Shown here piece after piece: positions 18,586 to 29,986 of a DNA stretch of 64,000 bases. Position numbers and translations under genes: made by a program. A model generated the notes under the pieces. The model did no database searches and had not been told where the DNA came from. It saw nothing but the letters and a program-made list of their open reading frames with translations. The stretch is from an uncultured Actinomycetes bacterium (GTDB lineage Bacteria > Actinomycetota > Actinomycetes > Nanopelagicales > Nanopelagicaceae), in contig CAIJOY010000011.1 in the NCBI GenBank assembly GCA_903822425.1, positions 3,408 to 67,407 of the forward strand. Direction: 5' to 3'. Every line of letters begins with the position of its first letter. The stretch's first letter is position 1.

Positions 18586-19935
18586 ATGCATGAGTTCACA
18601 TCAGAGTTAGAAGAATTAGCGTCCTCGGTACTTGCCTACAGCCTGGAGCGAGTAAAAGACGATCCGCCATTAGATGGCCCACGTTCTGCCGAAGATCTTT
18701 ATGCCCAAGTTGGCGAGACGATCACAACACAAGGTTTAGGTGGGCAAGAAGCTCTCACGGTCTTTACTGATGTCCTTGCGCGCGCTTGTATTTCAACAGA
18801 TCATCCGCGAAACCTTGCATACATTCCCTCTGCACCGAGTGAGCATGCAAACCTTTTTGATTTAGTCGTGGCAGCAAGTGCGCTTTATGGCGGTTCGTGG
18901 CAAGAAGGAGCAGGTGCCGTTTTTGCCGAAAACCAAGCGTTGCGATGGGTTGCCGATTTAGCTGGATTACCAGCATCTGCCGGTGGAGTATTTGCTCAAG
19001 GCGGAACAGTAGGAAATCTTTCTGCACTCGTCGTTGCTAGAGCGCAAGGACGCAAACTTTGGCCAGAGACAACGCGGTGGGCTATTGCTTGCAGCAAAGA
19101 AGCACATTCATCAATTACATCAGCGGCAAATGTCATGGATGTAGATGTTTTGTTAATTGATCCTTCTGAAAGTAGAAAACTTACTGGTGTAGAAGTGGGC
19201 CGAGCGGTGGATGAGTTTCACAAAAACAACTCGGCTCGCGTATTTGCTGTTGTTGCCACGGCTGGTACAACAAACCTTGGGATTATCGATGACTTAATGA
19301 GCGTCGGTGCTGCTGCAAAAGAACGAAATTTATGGTTCCATGTTGACGGCGCTTATGGGTTAGCGGCGCTGTGTGCGCCATCTGTCCGGGAAAAATTCAA
19401 CGGAATAGAAAATGCAGATTCTTTTATTGTTGACCCACATAAATGGCTTTTCGCACCATTTGATGCATGTGCACTTTTGTATCGCGATCCTGAACTAGCG
19501 CGAGCTGTACATACTCAGAGCGCTTCCTACCTTGATGCACTTCATGAAACCAATTCATGGAATCCATCCGATTATGCAATCAACTTAACGAGACGGGCTC
19601 GAGGATTACCATTTTGGTTTTCACTTGCTGCAAACGGCACAGATGCGTATACCGTTGCGATGGAAAAAACTTTAGAGATGGCGCAAATTGCAGCGCAGAA
19701 AGTGCGGGAGCATCCACGTTTAGAATTATGGTTGGAGCCTGAGCTCTCTGTTGTTTCATTTACGCGCCCAGGTTGGGAAAAGGGCGATTACAAAGCATGG
19801 GCAGATAAATTATTAGATGACCAAATTGGTTTCTGTCCTGCATCCTCAGATAAAGGTCAGCCCATTTTGCGTTTTGCCATCGTGAACCCTTGGACAAAGG
19901 TGAGCGATATCGAGGCAATATTGGCGACGCTCTAA
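18586..19935 (+). CDS. Group II pyridoxal-phosphate-dependent decarboxylase
   Basis: 449 aa. It has HVDGAYG and the PLP-lysine motif SFIVDPHKWLFAP. Confidence 0.8.
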   Translation: MHEFTSELEELASSVLAYSLERVKDDPPLDGPRSAEDLYAQVGETITTQGLGGQEALTVFTDVLARACISTDHPRNLAYIPSAPSEHANLFDLVVAASALYGGSWQEGAGAVFAENQALRWVADLAGLPASAGGVFAQGGTVGNLSALVVARAQGRKLWPETTRWAIACSKEAHSSITSAANVMDVDVLLIDPSESRKLTGVEVGRAVDEFHKNNSARVFAVVATAGTTNLGIIDDLMSVGAAAKERNLWFHVDGAYGLAALCAPSVREKFNGIENADSFIVDPHKWLFAPFDACALLYRDPELARAVHTQSASYLDALHETNSWNPSDYAINLTRRARGLPFWFSLAANGTDAYTVAMEKTLEMAQIAAQKVREHPRLELWLEPELSVVSFTRPGWEKGDYKAWADKLLDDQIGFCPASSDKGQPILRFAIVNPWTKVSDIEAILATL

Positions 19936-19974
19936 ATCCCACCGTTTTTAGGGCCAGTGGATTAGGCTTGCGAT

Positions 19975-20247
19975 ATGGATGAGAACGCGATGAATGAGTC
20001 TGCCCCAACAAAGGGCCCACTCAGTGATCTAGAAGTTCGCATTCTTGAATTTGAACGCAGTTGGTGGCAATTCGCCGGAGCTAAAGAGAGCGCCATCAAG
20101 GAACTCTTTGATCTGACGCCGCCTCGCTATTACCAACTTCTCAATGATCTGATTGATCGGGAGGATGCCCTCGCGGCTTCTCCGATGTTGGTCAAGCGCT
20201 TGCGCCGCCTACGTGTGGCTCGTATGGCTGCACGCTCAGCACGCTAA
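19975..20247 (+). CDS. DUF3263-domain protein
   Basis: 90 aa. The sequence ILEFERSWWQFAGAKESAIKELFDL...YYQLLNDLID resembles the conserved actinobacterial DUF3263 core as I remember it. Confidence 0.6.
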   Translation: MDENAMNESAPTKGPLSDLEVRILEFERSWWQFAGAKESAIKELFDLTPPRYYQLLNDLIDREDALAASPMLVKRLRRLRVARMAARSAR

Positions 20248-20300
20248 GCAAGCTCAACCTTTCAGTTTGCCCAGATCCCAGCCCTGCTCTAGATTTAGCG

Positions 20301-20327
20301 TTAGCACTCTAGGGGTGCGAGTGATAA
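20301..20327. promoter_or_regulatory. CIRCE operator (HrcA binding site) upstream of groEL
   Basis: TTAGCACTC-N9-GAGTGATAA differs from the consensus TTAGCACTC-N9-GAGTGCTAA at one position. It lies 60 nt upstream of the groEL ATG. Confidence 0.85.
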
Positions 20328-22010
<1,683 letters not shown>

Positions 22011-22031
22011 ATCTAAATCTAGTTCAGCCTC

Positions 22032-22070
22032 AAAAGGCCTCCCGATTAACTCGGGAGGCCTTTTGTGCTT
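22032..22070 (+). terminator. Rho-independent terminator after groEL
   Basis: AAAAGGCCTCCCGA-TTAAC-TCGGGAGGCCTTTT forms a perfect 14-bp stem with a 10-bp GC-rich core. It is followed by TTTTGTGCTTT. Confidence 0.8.
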
Positions 22071-22082
22071 TACCCTTACCCC

Positions 22083-22781
22083 ATGGCCTTATTTAAGAAG
22101 ACACCGAAAACTCAAGAGACACCTACATTTGATGCTCTTGATCTTGCGCGATCTGCTGTGCTTGAAGATGCGGGAGATGCAAAGCTCGTCGGTGAATTCG
22201 TTTCAGTTGATTTCGATGATGAAGGTCGAATCGCCAGTTATCTTTTTGAAGCCTTGTTACCTGCTTATAAAGGGTGGCGATGGGTAGTCACAGTTGCAAA
22301 GACCGACGCAGATTCATTGCCAACAATTTGTGACGTTGTAGTTCTGCCTGGCCCAGATTCATTGTTGGCACCAAAATGGATTCCATATGTAGATCGTTTG
22401 CAACCAGGAGATGTCGGAGTGGGAGATATCGTCCCATCTTCACTTGATGATGCACGATTAGTACCTGGTTTTGCGGCACTAATTCACGATGAAGATTTAG
22501 ATGCAATGCAGGTATGGGAACTCGGGCTTGGTCGCGCACGAGTAATGTCCATCGAAGGACGCGATCAAGCCAGCAAGCGTTGGCACAGCGGAGATCGCGG
22601 GCCAGAAAGCGCACTTGCAAAAGCTGCACCAAAACCTTGTCATTCGTGCGGGTTTTTTATTCCTATTTCTGGATCATTGAAATCCGCATTCGGCGCATGC
22701 GCCAATGCAATATCACCCGAAGATGGTCGCGTGGTTTCGGTTGATCATGGCTGCGGCGCACACTCAGAGGCCACGTTTTAA
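22083..22781 (+). CDS. DUF3027-domain protein
   Basis: A Cys/His cluster at the C-terminus (CHSCGFF...CANA...DHGCGAHSE) and a position next to a cold-shock gene match actinobacterial DUF3027. I place the start at ATG 22083. Confidence 0.62.
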   Translation: MALFKKTPKTQETPTFDALDLARSAVLEDAGDAKLVGEFVSVDFDDEGRIASYLFEALLPAYKGWRWVVTVAKTDADSLPTICDVVVLPGPDSLLAPKWIPYVDRLQPGDVGVGDIVPSSLDDARLVPGFAALIHDEDLDAMQVWELGLGRARVMSIEGRDQASKRWHSGDRGPESALAKAAPKPCHSCGFFIPISGSLKSAFGACANAISPEDGRVVSVDHGCGAHSEATF

Positions 22782-22900
22782 GCCTGCTTTAAGCTCTTAA
22801 TCACTGTTCCAGTTACTGGCAAGGTGAGATAAACTTGCCCCCTGCCCGCACCCCGCGGCCTACACGAGTTGAGTCGAGAATTAGAAGGAGCGTTCCCCAA

Positions 22901-23284
22901 ATGCCTACAGGAAAAGTTAAATGGTTTAGCCTGGAAAAAGGTTTTGGATTCATCGCATCAGATGAGGGCGAAGATGTTTATCTTGCTGCAACGTCTTTGC
23001 CTGAGGGCGTAACAACAGTAAAGCCTGGTACTAAGTTGGAATTCGGTGTTGCCGATGGACGGCGTGGACCACAAGCTCTTTCTATTCGCATTATTGATGC
23101 ACCACCATCATTGGTAGCAAATAACCACGTTAACAGCGATGACTTAGCTGCGATGATTGAAGACACCATCAAGATCTTGGATAAAGTTGGTAACGGCTTG
23201 CGTCACGGACGCCACCCATCACCAGTTGAAACCGAACGTCTTGGCAAGGTGTTGCGCGGTATTGCAGGTCAGCTCGAAGCTTAA
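22901..23284 (+). CDS. Cold-shock domain protein with a C-terminal extension
   Basis: The N-terminus is MPTGKVKWFSLEKGFGFIASDEGEDVYL, with RNP1 and RNP2 motifs. GAAGGAG lies 10 nt upstream of ATG 22901. The 127-aa length resembles mycobacterial CspB-type long Csps. Confidence 0.85.
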   Translation: MPTGKVKWFSLEKGFGFIASDEGEDVYLAATSLPEGVTTVKPGTKLEFGVADGRRGPQALSIRIIDAPPSLVANNHVNSDDLAAMIEDTIKILDKVGNGLRHGRHPSPVETERLGKVLRGIAGQLEA

Positions 23285-23487
23285 ATACCGCTTCGCTTTG
23301 CTCTGCGGATTGTGTAACGAATTCCGGTAACCCCTAGTACCGCGCCCATTACACATGTCCAGATGACTTTACTTTCTGCACCCATGGCCAAGGCGATCAC
23401 GCCAGCGCTGAGCCAAGCAACTGTGCCAACAGCAATCCAGATAACAATTACTTTTACGTTCTGACCCATGTAGAGATAGTAGTACAC
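23281..23487 (-). CDS. Hypothetical small two-helix membrane protein (uncertain)
   Basis: 68-aa ORF, or 62 aa from ATG 23469. It has two hydrophobic helices and a basic C-terminus. There is no clear SD and I recognise no family. Confidence 0.35.
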   Translation of the reverse strand: MYYYLYMGQNVKVIVIWIAVGTVAWLSAGVIALAMGAESKVIWTCVMGAVLGVTGIRYTIRRAKRSGI

Positions 23488-23521
23488 ATCAGTAGCATCA
23501 GCGTGGCGCTAAGGTGGTTAG

Positions 23522-24787
23522 GTGAGAGTCGATGAAAATGAAAATTGGCGCTCATTTCGTCATCGCAATTTCAGAATTCTTTTCGCGGCAAACTCTATCT
23601 CCAATATTGGCAGTTGGGCGCAACGCATTGCGCAAGATTGGCTCGTTCTAGAACTTACCCATAGTGGAACATACCTAGGTAGCGTTACTGCACTTCAATT
23701 TCTACCTACACTTTTCTTAAGTCTGCATGGTGGGGCCCTGGCAGATAAATTCAACAAGCAAAAAGTGCTTATTGTTACTAACTTAATCGGGGGAGCATCT
23801 GCGGCAATCCTGGGAATCCTTGTAACTTCCCATCACATCAAACTTTGGCATGTATTCGGTCTAGCTTTTGGTTTGGGAATAGCCAACGCACTGGATGCTC
23901 CTGTGCGACAGGCATTTACCGCCGAAGTTGTTGGCAGAAATGATGTCCCTAATGCAGTGAGCCTAAATTCGGCGAATTTTAATGCTGGGCGCTTAATCGG
24001 TCCAGCCTTAGCAGGTACCTCTATTGCATTCGTAGGAACGGGACCATCATTTTTGCTCAACGCCGCCTCCTACGCAATAGTTATTTTCTCTTTAATGAAA
24101 TTACGAGCAGAAGAATTCTTTATCCAACCGTCAAGTTCTAACGTTGGAAATATCAGAGAAGGAATTCGATACGTAGTAGCACGACCTGACCTTTACGCCG
24201 TAATGATCGTCGTTTTCTTTATGGCAACTTTCGGAATGAACTTCCAGATTTTCAATGCATTAATGGCAACTCAGGTATTTCATCGCGGCCCGGCATCTTT
24301 CGGCTTTCTAGGAACGACACTTGCCATTGGTGCTTTTAGCGGGGCGTTAGTCTCGGCAAGAATTGAACGCTATCGCCGCACTATGTTTGTTGTTTACGCC
24401 AGTCTTGCCTTTGGAACAGGGTTAGTAATTCTTTCCTTGATGCCCACATATACAACATATGCAATTTGGTTACCTTTTTGTGGATTCGCTGCTTTAACAA
24501 CGATGATTACGGCAAATTCCTTAATGCAAATCAATACAGATGCCGCAATTCGTGGGCGTGTAATGGGCGTCTACCTCTTGGTATTTCTTGGAGGCGCACC
24601 TTTTGGCTCTCCATTTGTAGGAGCCATGGGCGAACATGTAGGAATTCGCCAAACTATTGCTTTTGGTGGGCTAATAACCATTTTCGCAAGTACTTTTGTA
24701 TATTTTCGATACCGACACAAAGTCTCAGTTCCAGAGAACTACTCAATCGAATTCATTTTACCGCCCACGTATGAAAACAAGGGCTAG
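23522..24787 (+). CDS. MFS transporter (EntS/MFS_3-like)
   Basis: 421 aa with about 12 TM helices. The N-terminus FRHRNFRILFAANSISNIGSW is typical of this MFS subfamily. GTG start preceded by GGTGG. Confidence 0.8.
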   Translation: MRVDENENWRSFRHRNFRILFAANSISNIGSWAQRIAQDWLVLELTHSGTYLGSVTALQFLPTLFLSLHGGALADKFNKQKVLIVTNLIGGASAAILGILVTSHHIKLWHVFGLAFGLGIANALDAPVRQAFTAEVVGRNDVPNAVSLNSANFNAGRLIGPALAGTSIAFVGTGPSFLLNAASYAIVIFSLMKLRAEEFFIQPSSSNVGNIREGIRYVVARPDLYAVMIVVFFMATFGMNFQIFNALMATQVFHRGPASFGFLGTTLAIGAFSGALVSARIERYRRTMFVVYASLAFGTGLVILSLMPTYTTYAIWLPFCGFAALTTMITANSLMQINTDAAIRGRVMGVYLLVFLGGAPFGSPFVGAMGEHVGIRQTIAFGGLITIFASTFVYFRYRHKVSVPENYSIEFILPPTYENKG

Positions 24788-24834
24788 AACCCCAAATAGA
24801 GTAATCAGAGTAATAAGCCGTCGAGTTTTGTAAT

Positions 24835-25989
24835 TCACTTCTTCTCAATTCTTGATTCCTCTGATGGAATGGCAATAATGATAGAAAGGGCGATCAAAAT
24901 CAAGATCGGTACCATCAAATATGCTCGTGAGATTCCAAAATGATCCCCTAGTAGACCTAAAAGGAAGGGTGAGCAAGCAATTGCAATGCCAGCAGCAAGT
25001 GAACTTCTGCCAATTGCTAAATCGGGACGGTCGTTGCTAAATGCGATCAAACGCAAAGAGCACAATGCAAATTGCATCGACAGCCCTAATCCGGTAACGA
25101 GCAAGGCAACGAGCGAGATTAGTTGCGTGTGAGAAAACCAAAGAACACTGAATCCTAGGAATTGGGTAGTCATCAAGAACTTGATTTGAGTATCGATGGC
25201 GTATTTCTTAAATAAGTTAGGACCAAACCAACGACCTAGCCCCATTCCAGATCCAAAGGCAACAATACAAATAGTTGATATTGCAGCTGTCGATCCAATC
25301 CGATCACGCACAAGAGCTGCAGCCCAGAATGTAGTTGCAAATTCACCAGAGATACAAGCGATAAAACCAAACCATGAAATCCAAAATGCGCGGCTCAATG
25401 TTCCGCTTTCTGGACCATCTTCATGAGGAACGTGTTCATCAACGATCACGCGACGTGTAAGAAGAAATAGTAGTAACGAAACTGGAACTGCCAACAAGAG
25501 CCCAAATCTCCAACTGATCTGCGTGCCGGCCAATAAACCAACAGCAAGTGTTCCAAGAACAAAGCCGGTAGATCCGATTGCAGATGACTGCGATACCGCT
25601 TTTGCTTCATGACCCGGAAAGCGATCAGAAAGTTGAGTCACCATAGAGTTGATCACCATAGAAATTCCAAAGCCACCGATGAGTGTTGCAGGCAGAGTCA
25701 AGAAAACTGGTGGCAGAAAAATAAAAGCAATTGTTCCTAGGCAAAAAACTCCGATGCCGAGCCATGCGGTGTGTGCTCTTCCAAATGTGTGAACAAATTT
25801 TGGAGCAGCAAACCCCGCAAGAATTGCAGCAACTCCCATGGCTGTTCCGTGGAGCCCTGCGATAGCGAGTGAAGTTCCTTGTTCGGCGCGCAGTAGAGGC
25901 TGTGCTGGGCCGAAACCACCCATATAGAAATTAACGATCCCGATCTGGAGAGTTACAGTCCAAAAAAGACCATCTCTCCGAAAGGTCAT
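24835..25989 (-). CDS. MFS-type transporter
   Basis: 384 aa and polytopic, with about 12 TM helices. I did not identify specific substrate motifs. Confidence 0.7.
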   Translation of the reverse strand: MTFRRDGLFWTVTLQIGIVNFYMGGFGPAQPLLRAEQGTSLAIAGLHGTAMGVAAILAGFAAPKFVHTFGRAHTAWLGIGVFCLGTIAFIFLPPVFLTLPATLIGGFGISMVINSMVTQLSDRFPGHEAKAVSQSSAIGSTGFVLGTLAVGLLAGTQISWRFGLLLAVPVSLLLFLLTRRVIVDEHVPHEDGPESGTLSRAFWISWFGFIACISGEFATTFWAAALVRDRIGSTAAISTICIVAFGSGMGLGRWFGPNLFKKYAIDTQIKFLMTTQFLGFSVLWFSHTQLISLVALLVTGLGLSMQFALCSLRLIAFSNDRPDLAIGRSSLAAGIAIACSPFLLGLLGDHFGISRAYLMVPILILIALSIIIAIPSEESRIEKK

Positions 25990-26003
25990 GGGAAAAGAAA
26001 TTC

Positions 26004-27131
<1,128 letters not shown>

Positions 27132-27824
27132 CTACGGGTAGTAGCGGGTGATCTCCCACTTCATTTCCTCGGGTGCCTGTGTGAGCCTGCGCTCATAACG
27201 CAATCGATCGTGTAATCGAGAATAACGACCTTGCCAAAATTCGATATCACGAGGGATTACCCGGTATCCACCCCAATGTGGTGGCGTTGGAACAGATGTG
27301 CCTTCTGGCCATTTCGCTGCCGCGCCATCCCATCGCTCTTGCAGTTCATCTCGCGATGCTAGAGGTGCCGATTGGCGACTTGCCCATGCACCAATCTGAC
27401 TACCCCATGGTCGTGTCGCAAAATATTCTTCTGACTCTTCACGAGAAATCTTCTCAGCATCGCCATTGATGGAAACTTGTCGTTCCATTGCATACCAAGG
27501 AAATAGCAAGGTAACTTGAGGTTGCCCATGCAAGGCGACACCTTTACGCGATGTGTAATTAGTGAAGAATGTGAATCCGTTTTTTGAAATATCTTTTAAC
27601 AAAACGGTCCGTGTTGAAAGCCTGCCTTCGTGATCCAGGGTGGTCAGCACCATTGCATTTGCTTCTACTATGAGCGGATTTTCATGTGCTTCTACTAACC
27701 ACTGCGAAAATGCAACGAAAGGATCCTCTGCAAGCCCATCTATCCCGGCTTCACCGTAGGAGCGCCGCATCGCAGCAATCTCGTCTCGGCCCAGTTCATT
27801 TCCCATACCTGTATCTAACGTCAC
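27132..27824 (-). CDS. pdxH: Pyridoxamine 5'-phosphate oxidase
   Basis: 230 aa. The C-terminus has IEFWQGRYSRLHDRLRY and the FMN-binding core is present. It lies 3 nt upstream of serC. Confidence 0.9.
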   Translation of the reverse strand: MTLDTGMGNELGRDEIAAMRRSYGEAGIDGLAEDPFVAFSQWLVEAHENPLIVEANAMVLTTLDHEGRLSTRTVLLKDISKNGFTFFTNYTSRKGVALHGQPQVTLLFPWYAMERQVSINGDAEKISREESEEYFATRPWGSQIGAWASRQSAPLASRDELQERWDGAAAKWPEGTSVPTPPHWGGYRVIPRDIEFWQGRYSRLHDRLRYERRLTQAPEEMKWEITRYYP

Positions 27825-27887
27825 TTTTGCCCTAACGGCATCTTGCGCATAAATGAGCGCTGACTGCCCGCCTTTTGGTCGCCGCTA

Positions 27888-27901
27888 CCCCTAAATAGGG
27901 G
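27888..27901. promoter_or_regulatory. Perfect 14-bp palindrome CCCCTAAATAGGGG in the pdxH/citA divergent region (candidate operator)
   Basis: Read directly from the sequence. It sits between divergent starts at 27824 (-) and 27945 (+). Function is unknown. Confidence 0.3.
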
Positions 27902-27944
27902 CAGAATTGCCGCAGAGAGTTTGACGAAGTTTAAGGAGCCGGCA

Positions 27945-29060
27945 GTGACTGATGATTTCAAACCAGGCCTTGAAGGTGTCATTGCTTTTGAGTCAGAAAT
28001 TGCAGAGCCGGATAAAGAAGGTAGTGCGCTTCGCTATCGCGGAGTAGACATTGAAGATCTTGTCGGACGAGTTTCCTTTGGAAATGTTTGGGGACTTCTC
28101 GTAGATGATGAATTTAATCCAGGTCTTCCACCAGCTGAGCCATTTCCGCTTCCTGTGCACTCAGGAGATGTTCGCGTAGATGTGCAATCTGCAATTGCAA
28201 TGTTGGCACCAGCTTGGGGATTTCACCCGCTGCTAGATATTTCTGATGAGGAAGCTCGCAGTAACTTAGCTCGTGCATCTGTAATGGTTTTGTCATACGT
28301 TGCTCAGTCCGCGCGCGGAACTTGGCAACCAATGATTCCGCAATCTGAAGTGGATAAAGCACATACTGTTGTTGAGCGGATGATGATCCGTTGGCGCGGA
28401 GAACCAGATCCACTTCACGTTCGGGCTATTGATGCATATTTTGTTTCTGCCGCAGAGCACGGAATGAATGCATCTACATTTACCGCTCGTGTCATTGCAT
28501 CAACTGGAGCTGATGTTGCTGCTGCACTCTCTGGTGCAATCGGTGCGATGTCGGGCCCACTTCATGGCGGTGCGCCATCTCGCGTATTGCACATGATTGA
28601 AGAAGTTGAGAAAACTGGCGATGCGCGTGCTTATGTGAAAGGCATCATGGATCGCGGAGAGCGATTGATGGGATTTGGCCACCGTGTTTATCGCGCCGAA
28701 GATCCACGTGCACGCACTTTGCGTCGCACAGCAAAAGAACTTGGTGCGCCGCGTTATGAAGTTGCACTTGCCCTTGAAAAAGCAGCGCTCGCAGAATTGC
28801 ACGAACGTCACCCAGAACGTGTTTTAGAAACCAACGTAGAGTTTTGGGCTGCAATTATTTTGGACTTTGCCCAAGTTCCAGGCCATCTCTTTACATCGAT
28901 GTTTACTGCCGCACGCACTGCTGGGTGGAGTGCGCACATCCTTGAACAAAAGCGCACAGGACGTTTAGTGCGACCATCAGCTCGATACATCGGGAAGGGC
29001 CCACGCAAAGCTGAGACGGTGACGGGCTGGGATGACACTGTGGAGCAGCTACATAAGTAG
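27945..29060 (+). CDS. citA: Citrate synthase (type 2, CitA-like)
   Basis: The active-site motifs SGPLHGGA and MGFGHRVYR are present. AAGGAG lies 7 nt before GTG 27945. The ORF is open from TTG 27921. Confidence 0.85.
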   Translation: MTDDFKPGLEGVIAFESEIAEPDKEGSALRYRGVDIEDLVGRVSFGNVWGLLVDDEFNPGLPPAEPFPLPVHSGDVRVDVQSAIAMLAPAWGFHPLLDISDEEARSNLARASVMVLSYVAQSARGTWQPMIPQSEVDKAHTVVERMMIRWRGEPDPLHVRAIDAYFVSAAEHGMNASTFTARVIASTGADVAAALSGAIGAMSGPLHGGAPSRVLHMIEEVEKTGDARAYVKGIMDRGERLMGFGHRVYRAEDPRARTLRRTAKELGAPRYEVALALEKAALAELHERHPERVLETNVEFWAAIILDFAQVPGHLFTSMFTAARTAGWSAHILEQKRTGRLVRPSARYIGKGPRKAETVTGWDDTVEQLHK

Positions 29061-29147
29061 TTTTCAGTAACTCTCGCCCTTTATAACGATCGGGTAAACC
29101 ACGCTGTGAATAGCTCCTTTGGAGCGCTGTCGGCTTGACCCACGTCT

Positions 29148-29969
29148 CTAGCTCTGTAACCAAAAGTTCATCGGTTGATCTAAATATTTAGCCCAGGATC
29201 TTTCATTATGTCTAGAGCGCGGATATACATGTGTTTGAAAGTCACGACCTATGCGCCAGCCAGTTTTAAGCATTTTTTGATCGGCATACTTTTGAAAAGG
29301 TCCGTAATGAGAATCGATTCCTTTGGTGCCATGGCTCATCCATATTTTGTGATTTGCTGGCTTAGGTAGCGCATCGATCATCGCATCAACGAGGGGCATT
29401 TCACCACATGACCAATGCGTAGAGAGTGCAAGGCAGGTTGTGAAGAAATCTGGACGGCGCGCAATCCCATAGAGAGAAGCAAGACCTCCCATACTTGCGC
29501 CAATGATCGCTTTATTCAATGCCGCAATATCTAGCTCTAGAAAATTACAAATCTTTGGTGCAATTTCATCTGTAATCGAGGAAAGGTATTTGTTTCCGTA
29601 CAAATCTTTCACATCAAGATGGCTAAATGAGGGGTCTGGATTTTTGATTCCAGCTTTGAAAGGGTCTTCGGGGGTTAAGTCGTATATACGCCCATAAGGA
29701 TTTTCGTTACTGCCGCTATGAAAAACTCCGATGATTGCTGGAGGAATGATTCCTAATTTCTCGCTCACTCGGATCGCAGATTCAGCCATGTGCCATGTAC
29801 GGCGCCGAGTGGCTGTGCGAGGATCAAAGACATTTTGTCCATCATGCGCGATGAGCAGATGTCCGGTGGTTGCTTCGGGGGCCCAGAAATCAACTCTCCT
29901 ACCATTGAAATCTGCACTGTTAACAAAGCCTTGAACACCGCGAATTTGAAAGCGCATATTGATCTTCAT
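29148..29969 (-). CDS. Esterase-family alpha/beta hydrolase (enterochelin-esterase/esterase-D-like)
   Basis: The nucleophile elbow is GASMGG. The start is uncertain: ATG 29969 or 29957 avoids overlap with the photolyase gene, and the ORF is open to 30059. Confidence 0.68.
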   Translation of the reverse strand: MKINMRFQIRGVQGFVNSADFNGRRVDFWAPEATTGHLLIAHDGQNVFDPRTATRRRTWHMAESAIRVSEKLGIIPPAIIGVFHSGSNENPYGRIYDLTPEDPFKAGIKNPDPSFSHLDVKDLYGNKYLSSITDEIAPKICNFLELDIAALNKAIIGASMGGLASLYGIARRPDFFTTCLALSTHWSCGEMPLVDAMIDALPKPANHKIWMSHGTKGIDSHYGPFQKYADQKMLKTGWRIGRDFQTHVYPRSRHNERSWAKYLDQPMNFWLQS

Positions 29970-29986
29970 AGTGCTTAAATCATGCC

